A DNA stretch of 64,000 bases from an uncultured Corynebacterium sp. (GTDB taxonomy: Bacteria > Actinomycetota > Actinomycetes > Mycobacteriales > Mycobacteriaceae): contig CALTYZ010000003.1 in the NCBI GenBank assembly GCA_943913645.1, positions 37,825 to 101,824 of the forward strand. The letters are read 5' to 3'. This document shows positions 28,957-37,981 of this stretch, in pieces; position 1 is the first letter of the stretch, and the number at the start of each line of letters is the position of its first letter. Under the pieces are notes generated by a model. That model searched no databases. It saw only the letters and a program-made list of their open reading frames with translations, and was not told the origin of the DNA. Made by a program: the position numbers and the translations under genes.

Positions 28957-30269
28957 TTGCAAGACGTCTCGGGTCACCAGCAATGCCTATCCTCGGGGCA
29001 ATCGTGCTTGTCGCCTCGGTAGTCGCCTCACTGTGGTTCGGCGTCGCCGATATTGGTGTGGTCTACATGCGCTGGCCTGATCTTGCCTATCGCTTACGAG
29101 CTATCACCACTATTGCCGCATTCGGGGTCGGTGCGGTTTCCGCTTACAATGCAGCTGCACTTTCCGCGCAGGGCCTTTTCACAGCCTCATCCCTTGGCAA
29201 ATATCCGCTCGCCCGACAGCTCGTTCATGTGGCACTCACCGTGGCGTTGCTCACGCTCGCCGCGATTCTGCTTGGTTATTCACCCGCGGTAGTCACCGCG
29301 GCGTTCCAAACTCAAACCTTTCCTCTTGCCTTCGTGGGCGCTGTCGCATCACTTGCCTTCTTTCTCGTCACAATTGCAGCGGTCTCTGCATTGCTCGGAG
29401 TCGCGCTGCGCAAGGTGCACCCCTTGATCGCCTCCGTGATCGCACTGTTGTTCAGCTACTTCGTAGCTGCCTTCGCAGCGAACGAGACGACAGCTTGGGC
29501 GGTATTTCCCATTAACCAAATTACCGGACTGCACAGTGTTCTCTTCGAAGATAAGAACGCTCTAGCCGCAGCGATCGTCACGTTGCTCGTCGCAAGCATC
29601 CTCCTGCTCACCCTCGCCGCGATCGCCAACGTACTCACGACAAGCCCCTCACCAGCAAAACTGGCAGTCCGAAGCGCCGGTATCGTCGCGGCAGTGGGTC
29701 TTGCCGCTTTTGGCCAGAGCATGGCGGGGGGTTTAGAAAAGACTGATGATGATCGTTGCAGAGAGAGTGGCGGTGGCTCGGTAATTTGCGTCGATGCGTC
29801 AGATGAGCCGGGGCTGCAAATGGCCATTGATGATCTCGATGCAATTGACTCGTTCACGCCGGTTCACGCTCAACCTACGCAGTTCGCAGAGATGCAGTCG
29901 TATCGCTTCAGGGACCCGTCCTACCAAGCTATCGAAATGCAGAGCCCGAACCGGCGAATTGATGTGAGCGAGCGGGTACTTGAGAACCTGGGTCTAGCTT
30001 CCTGCACCGACCCACTTTCTGAAGGCGCCAAAGTTATCGACCGCGTAGGTGTCTACGTGGTAAAACAGACTGGCACCTATTCGCACCTCGTCGCTAAAAA
30101 CGGCGCGTTTTACTACGCCGCTGACGAAGCGGGCAACACATTCGTACCCGAAGACGAGCTGTCGAAGCTGCCGCCCGACGTCGCAAACGAGCGGATTGCA
30201 GCCAATATCGATGCCATCACACACTGCCAGGGCACCTTCGAAATGCTCGGTGTCCCGGCCCCGCAATAA
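28953..30269 (+). CDS. membrane protein (putative ABC-associated permease) with C-terminal extracytoplasmic domain
   Basis: 438 aa. The N-terminal ~270 aa have 6+ hydrophobic helices. The C-terminal ~170 aa are hydrophilic with Cys pairs. A 4-nt ATGA overlap with the ABC ATPase implies an operon. Confidence 0.5.
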   Translation: MIARRLGSPAMPILGAIVLVASVVASLWFGVADIGVVYMRWPDLAYRLRAITTIAAFGVGAVSAYNAAALSAQGLFTASSLGKYPLARQLVHVALTVALLTLAAILLGYSPAVVTAAFQTQTFPLAFVGAVASLAFFLVTIAAVSALLGVALRKVHPLIASVIALLFSYFVAAFAANETTAWAVFPINQITGLHSVLFEDKNALAAAIVTLLVASILLLTLAAIANVLTTSPSPAKLAVRSAGIVAAVGLAAFGQSMAGGLEKTDDDRCRESGGGSVICVDASDEPGLQMAIDDLDAIDSFTPVHAQPTQFAEMQSYRFRDPSYQAIEMQSPNRRIDVSERVLENLGLASCTDPLSEGAKVIDRVGVYVVKQTGTYSHLVAKNGAFYYAADEAGNTFVPEDELSKLPPDVANERIAANIDAITHCQGTFEMLGVPAPQ

Positions 30270-30278
30270 AGAATTGAG

Positions 30279-30950
30279 TTGCTAGTGCCACTTCGCAGTC
30301 TGTGCCGGGCAACCCCCTGGATGCTCATCGGCGTGCTCACCCTAGGTTGCCTGCCCGCGATTCGCGTGATCAGGGGGATCCGGTTCACCATCGCAGGTCC
30401 CCCAGACGATCCGAACATCATTGTCGCGAATGAGGTTGTCTGTGTGCTCTACGCCATCTGCGTGGCCGCGCTCATTGCCCCGACCATGCCTGAAATTGAC
30501 CTGCGGCGGCCGCGGGCGAAGAGGCTCGCCGCTACGCGGCTGGTGATCGCTGCAGCCTGCGTTCTAATCGTGTCCGGCTTCGCGGCACGCCAGCTCAACC
30601 TCGCCTACTTTGCGGAAGCGGGCACATCGAGCACAGCTCCAGAAAGCGAGCTGCTCATCAACAACAGCATGCTTGTTTTCGGGATCGCTACGGTAGCCAT
30701 CACCCTGCTTGGCAAACTCCGGGGTATTCCGCTGGCGCTACTGTCATGGGTCATCGGGATTGCGCCGCTCGTTTTCTTCTATGACATCAACCTCTGGCCG
30801 TTTGCCGCACTCCGCGGGGACGGGCCATGGTGCTCATGGCCGCACATCGCTGTCACCCTGCTCGTGCTCATGATCGCGCTGGCAATCCAATTTCGCACCG
30901 CCGGCGTCGGATCGTGGGCGCTAGCGGCAGAACGCTCAGAACAGCGTTAG
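30279..30950 (+). CDS. hypothetical integral membrane protein
   Basis: 223 aa, 5-6 hydrophobic helices; 9 nt downstream of previous gene. Confidence 0.4.
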   Translation: MLVPLRSLCRATPWMLIGVLTLGCLPAIRVIRGIRFTIAGPPDDPNIIVANEVVCVLYAICVAALIAPTMPEIDLRRPRAKRLAATRLVIAAACVLIVSGFAARQLNLAYFAEAGTSSTAPESELLINNSMLVFGIATVAITLLGKLRGIPLALLSWVIGIAPLVFFYDINLWPFAALRGDGPWCSWPHIAVTLLVLMIALAIQFRTAGVGSWALAAERSEQR

Positions 30951-30965
30951 CAAGCCACTCGGTCG

Positions 30966-31976
30966 CTACAACCCCACCCACACAGGCTCAGGCACGAGCT
31001 CAACGCCGAATCGCTTGTTGACGCCCCCCTGTACCTCCCGCGCCAACGCCACAATATCGCTGGCCGCGGCAGTGCCCCGGTTGGTCAAGGCGAGGGTGTG
31101 CTTTGTCGAAAGGCGTGCTGGTGCGCCCTCACCAGGAAAGCCCCGCGGGAACCCGGCGCGCTCAATCAACCACGCGGCCGAAAGCTTCACCGGTGCATCC
31201 GGCTCGCTGCCCTGGGGGAAACGGGGCATGCCCTCCTCCCCCACCAAAGACTCCACCTCGTCTGCTTTGGCGGCTGAGACCACAGGGTTAGTGAAAAACG
31301 AGCCGGCGGACCAGGTGTCATAGTCCGCGTCATCGAGCACCATCCCCTTAGCCCGGCGTGTGGCCAACACGGACTCGCGTGCCTCAGCCAGGGAGACCTG
31401 GTTGCCACCCAGGTGGCGCAGCGGGATTGACAGCTCAGTTTCTGTCAGTTGCAGTTCCAGCTCGAGCACGACCGCGCGGGAGGTGAACTTCAAATTGGAG
31501 TAGCGGTAGGCTAACTCCAGGGCCTCGGCAGGCACCCACTCATCTGCACCGGTTTCCCGGTTGAATAACCGGACGCGGGTAAGCACGTCGGAGATTTCTG
31601 ATCCGTAGGCGCCGACGTTTTGCACCGGTGTGGCACCTGCAGACCCCGGAATGCCTGAGAGCGCCTCAATGCCGCCCAGTCCGTGCTCCACCGCGAACGC
31701 AACCACGTCATCCCACGGGGTGCCGGCTGCGATGCGGAGGGTTGTAGCGTCGATAAGCGAAATGCCCTCATTTCGCACGAGCACGGCGGTGAGATCAAGC
31801 GGGCCATCGGCAACGACTAAGTTCGAGCCACCGCCAACAACCAGCAGCGGGGCACCATCGGCGTCAAGGCGAGCGACAGTCTCGGCGAGATGTTCAGCGC
31901 TTTCGCAGGTCACGGACGCGGCAGGTGTGCCGCCGACGCGCAAAGTGGTGAGGGAGGTGAAAGATGAATCATGCAC
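30966..31976 (-). CDS. murB: UDP-N-acetylenolpyruvoylglucosamine reductase
   Basis: 336 aa; FAD-binding PCMH-type N-terminus SLTTLRVGGTPA...LLVVGGGSNLVVAD; C-terminal MurB domain. Confidence 0.8.
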   Translation of the reverse strand: MHDSSFTSLTTLRVGGTPAASVTCESAEHLAETVARLDADGAPLLVVGGGSNLVVADGPLDLTAVLVRNEGISLIDATTLRIAAGTPWDDVVAFAVEHGLGGIEALSGIPGSAGATPVQNVGAYGSEISDVLTRVRLFNRETGADEWVPAEALELAYRYSNLKFTSRAVVLELELQLTETELSIPLRHLGGNQVSLAEARESVLATRRAKGMVLDDADYDTWSAGSFFTNPVVSAAKADEVESLVGEEGMPRFPQGSEPDAPVKLSAAWLIERAGFPRGFPGEGAPARLSTKHTLALTNRGTAAASDIVALAREVQGGVNKRFGVELVPEPVWVGL

Positions 31977-32000
31977 CTATGCCACGGTAGTCTGTTCACC

Positions 32001-32492
32001 ATGACTGCACGTAGCGAAACTACTGTCACGATTGCTCACCCGGTGGAAAAAGTGGCCCAGGCCTACGCCACCAAGGAGTACTGGGAGCACGTGGCGGCCA
32101 CCCTGTCTCCGGAGCCTGGCCAGCTGCACGAGTTCGCCGGCAACACAATAACCCTGTTTGAGATTTTGCCGAAGTCGATCCTGCCTGAGGCCGCGCAGGC
32201 GATGATTTCGCAGGATTTGAAGCTCAAGCGCGTTGTCACCATCGGGGAGGTCACAGATGGTGCGGCCGACCACTCATTTACCGGGGATGTGAAAGGCACA
32301 CCCGTGGATTTTTCGGGCGAGATCACGATGCGCGGTGATGGGGACGTGACCACCCTTGACTATGACAATGAAGTCAAGGTGGACATCCCGTTCATGGGTG
32401 CCGCACTTGAGCCGAAGGTAGCTGAGGCGTTGGAAGAGATTGTGGCCAACGAAGCGAAACTCACTGAGCAGTGGATCACTGACAATCTGTAG
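32001..32492 (+). CDS. SRPBCC/DUF2505-like small protein
   Basis: Start at internal ATG 32001 (MTARSETTVTIAHPVEKVAQAYATKEYWEHV...); Bet v1-like pattern; divergent from murB. Confidence 0.4.
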   Translation: MTARSETTVTIAHPVEKVAQAYATKEYWEHVAATLSPEPGQLHEFAGNTITLFEILPKSILPEAAQAMISQDLKLKRVVTIGEVTDGAADHSFTGDVKGTPVDFSGEITMRGDGDVTTLDYDNEVKVDIPFMGAALEPKVAEALEEIVANEAKLTEQWITDNL

Positions 32493-32540
32493 GACGAGCT
32501 CCCAGCCACGGAGGCTGCACACGACCACCCTGGTGGCCGA

Positions 32541-33377
32541 TTGGGAGCTAGTTTGCTCAGCCGTACACTAGGGGGCATGAAAACAGCGTGGAAGGTCATC
32601 GTCGGTGTGTTCGCGGCGCTCCTTGTACTCCTGGTGATTGCTGAGGTGGGAATCCGCATCTTCCTGGCAAACCAGGTCACCTCCGAGTTTGAGGCCGCCC
32701 CTGCGGCAAGCTCAACTAGCGAGGCGAAGCCAAACGTCTCATTTGGCCCGCAACCGGTCACACTCGGTTTGCTTAGCGGCGCATTACCACACATGACGCT
32801 GACCACACCATCCACCCTGGTGGTCAACGGCGAGGAAGCGATCGGCAACCCGGCGGCAACCGTGCACCTTGACCGCGTCCACGTAACCGGAAGTGACCCG
32901 GTCGCCGAATCATTTGAGCTCACCACCGAACTACCCAACGACTTCCTGCGCGTCATGCTCAATCAAGCAATCGAGCAGCAAATTGGGAACGACGGTCTGT
33001 TCAGTAACCTCATTTCGGTCTCTGAGGTGAGCGCGAATGATGCGCAAGGCACCGTCACCATCATGTTCAGCGGCGGCGCGGCCGGCATTGAGTTGCGGCC
33101 CATCAATGTAAACGGCCAAGTGTCGTTTGAGGCGGAAAACACGAAACTGTTCGGCTTCGATCTGCCCGGCGGGGTGACTGAATCACTCAGCGAAGCGCTG
33201 GCAGAGGGCATGCGCCAGGATGTGGTCGGTGAAATGCAGGTTCGCAACATCACCGTCATCCCAGGCGGATTGGAGTTGACCATGGGCGGCGAAAACGTCA
33301 ATTTCACCGAACTGCAGCGCCAGCTCCAGGGCCAACCCCAGCTCCTGGGGCAGGAGGAGCTCCAGGGCGCAGCCTAA
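32541..33377 (+). CDS. LmeA-like (DUF2993) membrane-anchored lipid-binding protein
   Basis: N-terminal TM anchor KVIVGVFAALLVLLVIAEV followed by a hydrophilic beta-rich domain with repeated V..G motifs typical of the LmeA family. Confidence 0.45.
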   Translation: MGASLLSRTLGGMKTAWKVIVGVFAALLVLLVIAEVGIRIFLANQVTSEFEAAPAASSTSEAKPNVSFGPQPVTLGLLSGALPHMTLTTPSTLVVNGEEAIGNPAATVHLDRVHVTGSDPVAESFELTTELPNDFLRVMLNQAIEQQIGNDGLFSNLISVSEVSANDAQGTVTIMFSGGAAGIELRPINVNGQVSFEAENTKLFGFDLPGGVTESLSEALAEGMRQDVVGEMQVRNITVIPGGLELTMGGENVNFTELQRQLQGQPQLLGQEELQGAA

Positions 33378-33378
33378 G

Positions 33379-33693
33379 CTACCAGCCGAAATTGCCCCGC
33401 AAAATATTGTTGATCTGCGGCCGGACATCGAAGAAATAGATGCCCACGGCAACCGCACCGAACCAGGCGATAAATCTTAAGCCCAACAGCAGCGCAACCG
33501 CTGAAACAGCCAGGATGGCTATCCAGCCCATCTTGGACAACCTGCCCGCCGCGTCAAACGCATCAGGGCGAGTCGTGGCTACCATCACCACACCTGCGAT
33601 TGCGGCCAGTCCCACGAGCATGAACAGCAGCTGCCCAGCGTAGCTGGGGATGCGCATGATCATGCTGATTTGTTCCACAGCAGCCGAACTCAT
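33379..33693 (-). CDS. small membrane protein (DUF2516-like)
   Basis: 104 aa, three hydrophobic helices; last gene of a four-gene minus-strand operon with overlapping junctions. Confidence 0.4.
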   Translation of the reverse strand: MSSAAVEQISMIMRIPSYAGQLLFMLVGLAAIAGVVMVATTRPDAFDAAGRLSKMGWIAILAVSAVALLLGLRFIAWFGAVAVGIYFFDVRPQINNILRGNFGW

Positions 33694-34253
33694 GGCTTCT
33701 CAGCCGTGTCCGTGTCCGTGCTTACAACCTCACCGTCGATGACATCATCACCGTGTTTCGTCTCAGCATCACCGGCGAACTGCTTCTGCACTCGGTCAAC
33801 CAGATCATCAAAGCGAGAACGCAGCTCGCTAATGGTGTTGTCTACTCCGCTGGTGTCAACCTTGTCCATGCGGTCGTTGAACGAAGAGCGGATATCGGTG
33901 ATCGTGCTGTTCAACTTCGCCTTCGCGTCCTCGGTGAACTTCAGGTCCCGCTCGCGCAGCGAGTTGAAGACTTTCTCCGCCTCGTTGGTGAAGTTGGACG
34001 CAACCGAGCGGACTTCCCCCTCGGTGGTGGCGGCGTTCATGGTTTGACGCGCACTGTCAGACGCATTCTTGAACCGTTCCGGCAGACCCTCGGCGAACTT
34101 GCCGATCGCCGCGCCGATCGCAGAGCCGGCGGCCAAAATTGCATCGCCTGCTTCACGCAGGTTCGCGCGTGCTTCCTGCGCCTCCGGGTTTGGCTGATTG
34201 GACTGTGCGTCAGTCTTCGGCGTGTCTTCATGCTTTGGGGTGTGGTCGGACAT
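33690..34253 (-). CDS. hypothetical coiled-coil protein
   Basis: 187 aa, hydrophilic, Ala/Glu-rich predicted helical; 4-nt overlap with downstream gene. Confidence 0.35.
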   Translation of the reverse strand: MSDHTPKHEDTPKTDAQSNQPNPEAQEARANLREAGDAILAAGSAIGAAIGKFAEGLPERFKNASDSARQTMNAATTEGEVRSVASNFTNEAEKVFNSLRERDLKFTEDAKAKLNSTITDIRSSFNDRMDKVDTSGVDNTISELRSRFDDLVDRVQKQFAGDAETKHGDDVIDGEVVSTDTDTAEKP

Positions 34254-34284
34254 AGCCGCCTCCTTGAAAATTCTGCGATAAGCG

Positions 34285-35604
34285 TTATGAGAAGAACAAG
34301 ATCTGAGAGACAGTGTAAATAACTAATCCCGCCAGCGCACCGACGATCGTCCCGTTGAGCCGAATGAACTGCAGATCCTTGCCCACCATCAGCTCAATTT
34401 TCTCGCTCGCCTCGTTGCCATCCCAGCGTTGAATGGTCTCCGAAATGATGCCAACAATCTGCCCGGCACCATTCTCGGCCGCGAATAGCGTCACCTTGCG
34501 CAAGCGTTCTTCGGCCTCACGGCGAACCTGGGCGTCGTCGACAAGCTTGTGGCCCCAATCTGAGGCCGCAGAGGTGATCTTCATCCGCAGGGTTGAAGTA
34601 GGATCCGACGCAGCGTCGACAACCAGCTGCCCAAATCGCTCCCACATGCCTGATGCCACACCCGCGACAGCATTTGAACCCATAATGTCTGCCTTGAGCT
34701 GTTCTACCCGAGTGATCGTCTCCCCATCAAACTGCAAATCCTGGGAGAACTGGTAGATGGTGCGGCGAATCGCGCGACGGGCCTCATGCTCAGGGTTGGT
34801 GTCTACCTCGCGCATGAAATCCACCAGTTCCTTGTACACCCGCTCCCCCACTAGCTCTTTGGCGAATTTCGGTGCCCATGTCGGCATTCGCTCATCAATC
34901 ATGCTGATGATGCTGTCTTCCATCCCGCGCAGCTTTTTACGCGCCCACACCACCACGTCGTCCACGAGCGGTTCAACATGACCATCTGCGATGAAGCCCT
35001 CAAGTAACCGACCCGCCGGCGGACCCCAAATCGGCTCTGCGGCCTTGCTCACCACATACGTGTCAATGAACTCCTCTGCCTGCTGCGGGTCAATGTTGCG
35101 GATAAGCCGCACAGCGAAGCTGCCCACCTCTTCACTCACCCGCTGCGCATTCGCCGGTTGAGACAACCACGCTCCCAGGCGTTGCGGGATGCCAGCCTCC
35201 ATCACCTTGTCTGTGATCGTGCGGGCGTTGAGGAAGTTTTCGCTGACGAATTCGCTCAGCGCATCAGCGACTTGATCCTTCTTATTCGGGATGATCGCCG
35301 TGTGCGGAATCGGAATACCCATCGGGTATTTGAACAGCGCTGTCACAGCGAACCAGTCCGCGAGCCCACCGACCATCCCGGCCTCTGCTGCAGCACGCAC
35401 AAACCCCACCCATGCGGGTGCTGTGCCCTGGGATTGCCACCAGGAGCAGGTGAGAAAAATCACCGCCATCAACGCAAGCAAACTGGTCACTGCAATTTTG
35501 TGAGTTCGCAGTACTGCGCGCCGTTGCGCCTCATTGCTTGGCGACGGCATCACCTGATTACTCATACCCACGATTAAATCAGGCGTCGTCGACACAAACG
35601 CCAC
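34285..35604 (-). CDS. DUF445-family membrane protein
   Basis: 439 aa; N-terminal TM helix then large helical domain, C-terminal TM (IVGALAGLVIYTVSQILFF); family resemblance to DUF445. Confidence 0.45.
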   Translation of the reverse strand: MAFVSTTPDLIVGMSNQVMPSPSNEAQRRAVLRTHKIAVTSLLALMAVIFLTCSWWQSQGTAPAWVGFVRAAAEAGMVGGLADWFAVTALFKYPMGIPIPHTAIIPNKKDQVADALSEFVSENFLNARTITDKVMEAGIPQRLGAWLSQPANAQRVSEEVGSFAVRLIRNIDPQQAEEFIDTYVVSKAAEPIWGPPAGRLLEGFIADGHVEPLVDDVVVWARKKLRGMEDSIISMIDERMPTWAPKFAKELVGERVYKELVDFMREVDTNPEHEARRAIRRTIYQFSQDLQFDGETITRVEQLKADIMGSNAVAGVASGMWERFGQLVVDAASDPTSTLRMKITSAASDWGHKLVDDAQVRREAEERLRKVTLFAAENGAGQIVGIISETIQRWDGNEASEKIELMVGKDLQFIRLNGTIVGALAGLVIYTVSQILFFS

Positions 35605-36680
35605 TAACGGTTCAGCGGGCGTGACCTCCAGGTAAACGGCTGATCTACAAGCGTGGTCCCCAGCAGCTGCCGCGTTAATATGAGTGGCTCGCCCTGCTGC
35701 GGCACAAGAGTATGGGCGGCAGCGCCGTCACCGCTCGGTTTACTCTCAAGCGCAAACTCAAGCGTTTCGACGACCGGCCCACGCGGCGCAGCGTTCACCT
35801 TGTCATCCGTCATCGGCGAGGTGAGCTGGAGGATCACGCCCCCATCCCGCAGGGTGTAGAAACCGAACTGCAAATCGCCGTTGACCCGACGCAGCGTGGC
35901 GAACCCGTGGAAGTCACCCGCAGGTGTTTCGCCTTCCACGTTGTAGAAACTGCCCGCCTCGATGCCATCGTAGGAGCCGAAGGCGATGGTTGACCACCTG
36001 GTGTCGTCGACAAGCTGGGCGTTGGGCGGAATGCTGCCGCCGGTGACCGCGTACACACCCGATAACGCACTGCCTTCGCGGTCAAGCGCGCGTGGAATCC
36101 CACTGACCATTGCGTAGCCCGCCCCGCCGAGCGCAACGACCGTCACCAGCGCGGGAAAGAACCGGGTGAACCGGTGGATACGCTCACTGGTGATGATTTG
36201 CGGCACCTGCAGCTGCTCAGTTGGTTTACCCACCACAAAGCGCCCCAGGCGAGGCAGCCACGGTGCGAGAATGGCCAAAAAGATTAGTGCCTGCAGCGCC
36301 GAGAGGTCCTTGACGGGGACATCGAACGTCATGTTGAGCAGCCACACCACCCCCAGGCTAAGAAAGCCAATCAGACCGCCAATCCACGCGGTACGCCGCC
36401 ACAGCACCAACACACCCGCGATGAACTCCACCAGCCCCGCCAAAAACTGGACGACTGGTGAGAACCCCATGAAGGTCCACAAAAGCCCCATCGGAGATTT
36501 CTCGCCGAGCGTGATCAAAAGCTCCGGATAATCGGGTTGACCCATTTGCCCCAACCCGAGTTTCGCAAGCGCGTAGGGCATCACCATCGCGAACACGAGC
36601 ATGCGGGCGAGCCAGTGCAGAAACCACCCGATGCGCGCTGCTGTTGAGGGTGCGGGGTTCGTGTCCACAGAAGTACTCAT
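35604..36680 (-). CDS. DoxX-like membrane protein with C-terminal extracytoplasmic domain
   Basis: 358 aa. The N-terminal ~150 aa have four hydrophobic helices with a DoxX-like pattern (WFLHWLARMLVFAMVMPYALAKLGLGQ). The C-terminal region is soluble. It overlaps the downstream gene by 1 nt. Confidence 0.45.
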   Translation of the reverse strand: MSTSVDTNPAPSTAARIGWFLHWLARMLVFAMVMPYALAKLGLGQMGQPDYPELLITLGEKSPMGLLWTFMGFSPVVQFLAGLVEFIAGVLVLWRRTAWIGGLIGFLSLGVVWLLNMTFDVPVKDLSALQALIFLAILAPWLPRLGRFVVGKPTEQLQVPQIITSERIHRFTRFFPALVTVVALGGAGYAMVSGIPRALDREGSALSGVYAVTGGSIPPNAQLVDDTRWSTIAFGSYDGIEAGSFYNVEGETPAGDFHGFATLRRVNGDLQFGFYTLRDGGVILQLTSPMTDDKVNAAPRGPVVETLEFALESKPSGDGAAAHTLVPQQGEPLILTRQLLGTTLVDQPFTWRSRPLNR

Positions 36681-36795
36681 GCAGGCGAGTTTATCTTTGC
36701 TGGTAAGACTTCACCGCCTGAGTGGAACCAAAAAATCTCCCAGCCTAACCATGCGGCAAGACTGAGAGATTGGTGGGTACCGTGCGGCGTCGCGG

Positions 36796-37167
36796 TTAGT
36801 TTCTGCGACCGGTCTGCTTCCGGTAATTCTTGTAGTCGCGCCGACCAAGTGAAACTAGGGCGAACCCAATGATCAAGCACACCACCAGACAGATGGCACC
36901 AAGGATCATCAAAATGTTCGATGCGTCCTGAGATTGCGCACCCCAGCCAACGAAGTGAGCACCAATGCCCCACACCAGGATGCCAAGGCCGAACAGGGAC
37001 GCCAGAATAAAGCCCATGGCCACCCAGGTGGAGTGGCGCGCCAGCGAGGAGTGCGGGGCACCCAGCGAGACCGGATCGTAACCCTCAATGTAAGCGTCAT
37101 GAATTTGGGTCTGGTAGCCGGGGAACGACTCCGACTGGATGTCTGCTACCGCTTCATGGGAAGCCAT
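36796..37167 (-). CDS. small integral membrane protein
   Basis: 123 aa, two long hydrophobic helices; precedes sdhB region. Confidence 0.4.
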   Translation of the reverse strand: MASHEAVADIQSESFPGYQTQIHDAYIEGYDPVSLGAPHSSLARHSTWVAMGFILASLFGLGILVWGIGAHFVGWGAQSQDASNILMILGAICLVVCLIIGFALVSLGRRDYKNYRKQTGRRN

Positions 37168-37231
37168 GGCTGATTCCTTTCTTCAGCGTAACTCTACGGT
37201 CACTATACCCAGCTGCTACCGGGCTCGTTGG

Positions 37232-37981
37232 TTAGTTGTCCCCACCGCGGAAAGCCGCACGGGCACGCTCGGCGTTAATCGCCCCGACCGCGTCAAGCGG
37301 GATACCGGCCGGGCACACGTCCGCGCATTCGCCGTACAAAGAGCAGTGCCCAAAGTTGGTTTCTAACTCGTCGACCATGTTGCGGGCGCGCCGTGCACGT
37401 TCTTGCTGGCCCAACGGAAGCAGTTTCAAATGCTTCAGCTTCGCACCGGTAAACAGGTGTGCGGCACCATTCGGGCAGGCCGCAACACACGCGCCACAGC
37501 CAATGCAGGCAGCGTAGTCAAGCGCGAGCTCCGCGTCGCGGTGATTGACGTGCAGCGTGTCCGCATCCGGGGCGGTACCTGCGTTGACGGAAACGTAGCC
37601 ACCCTGCTGCATGACGCGATCAAGCGCGGAGCGATCCACAGCCAAGTCTTTGATCACCGGAAACGCGCCGGAACGAAATGGCTCAATCTTCAGCGTGGCA
37701 CCGTCTTTGTAGTTGAACAGGCGCTGCAGGCAGGCGGTGGTGTTCTGCCCTGCCCCGTGCGGGCGGCCGTTGACGGTCAAACCGCAGGTGCCGCAGATGC
37801 CCTCACGACAGTCATGTGCAAAGGTAAACGGCTCTTTGCCTGCCTCGACGTACATGTTGTTGACGTGATCGAGCAGCTCCAGAATCGACATTTGCTCCAC
37901 TGCGTCGTCGACCTGAACGGTTTCAAAGTGCCCGGCAGTATCGGGTCCGGCTTGACGCCAGATCTCAAGGGTGAGTTTCAT
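37232..37981 (-). CDS. sdhB: succinate dehydrogenase iron-sulfur subunit
   Basis: Start trimmed to ATG 37979-37981 (MKLTLEIWRQ...). Fe-S Cys clusters are CREGICGTCGLTVNG (2Fe-2S), CIGCGACVAACP (4Fe-4S) and CSLYGECADVCPAGI (3Fe-4S). ATG overlaps the sdhA stop as TAATG. Confidence 0.85.
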   Translation of the reverse strand: MKLTLEIWRQAGPDTAGHFETVQVDDAVEQMSILELLDHVNNMYVEAGKEPFTFAHDCREGICGTCGLTVNGRPHGAGQNTTACLQRLFNYKDGATLKIEPFRSGAFPVIKDLAVDRSALDRVMQQGGYVSVNAGTAPDADTLHVNHRDAELALDYAACIGCGACVAACPNGAAHLFTGAKLKHLKLLPLGQQERARRARNMVDELETNFGHCSLYGECADVCPAGIPLDAVGAINAERARAAFRGGDN

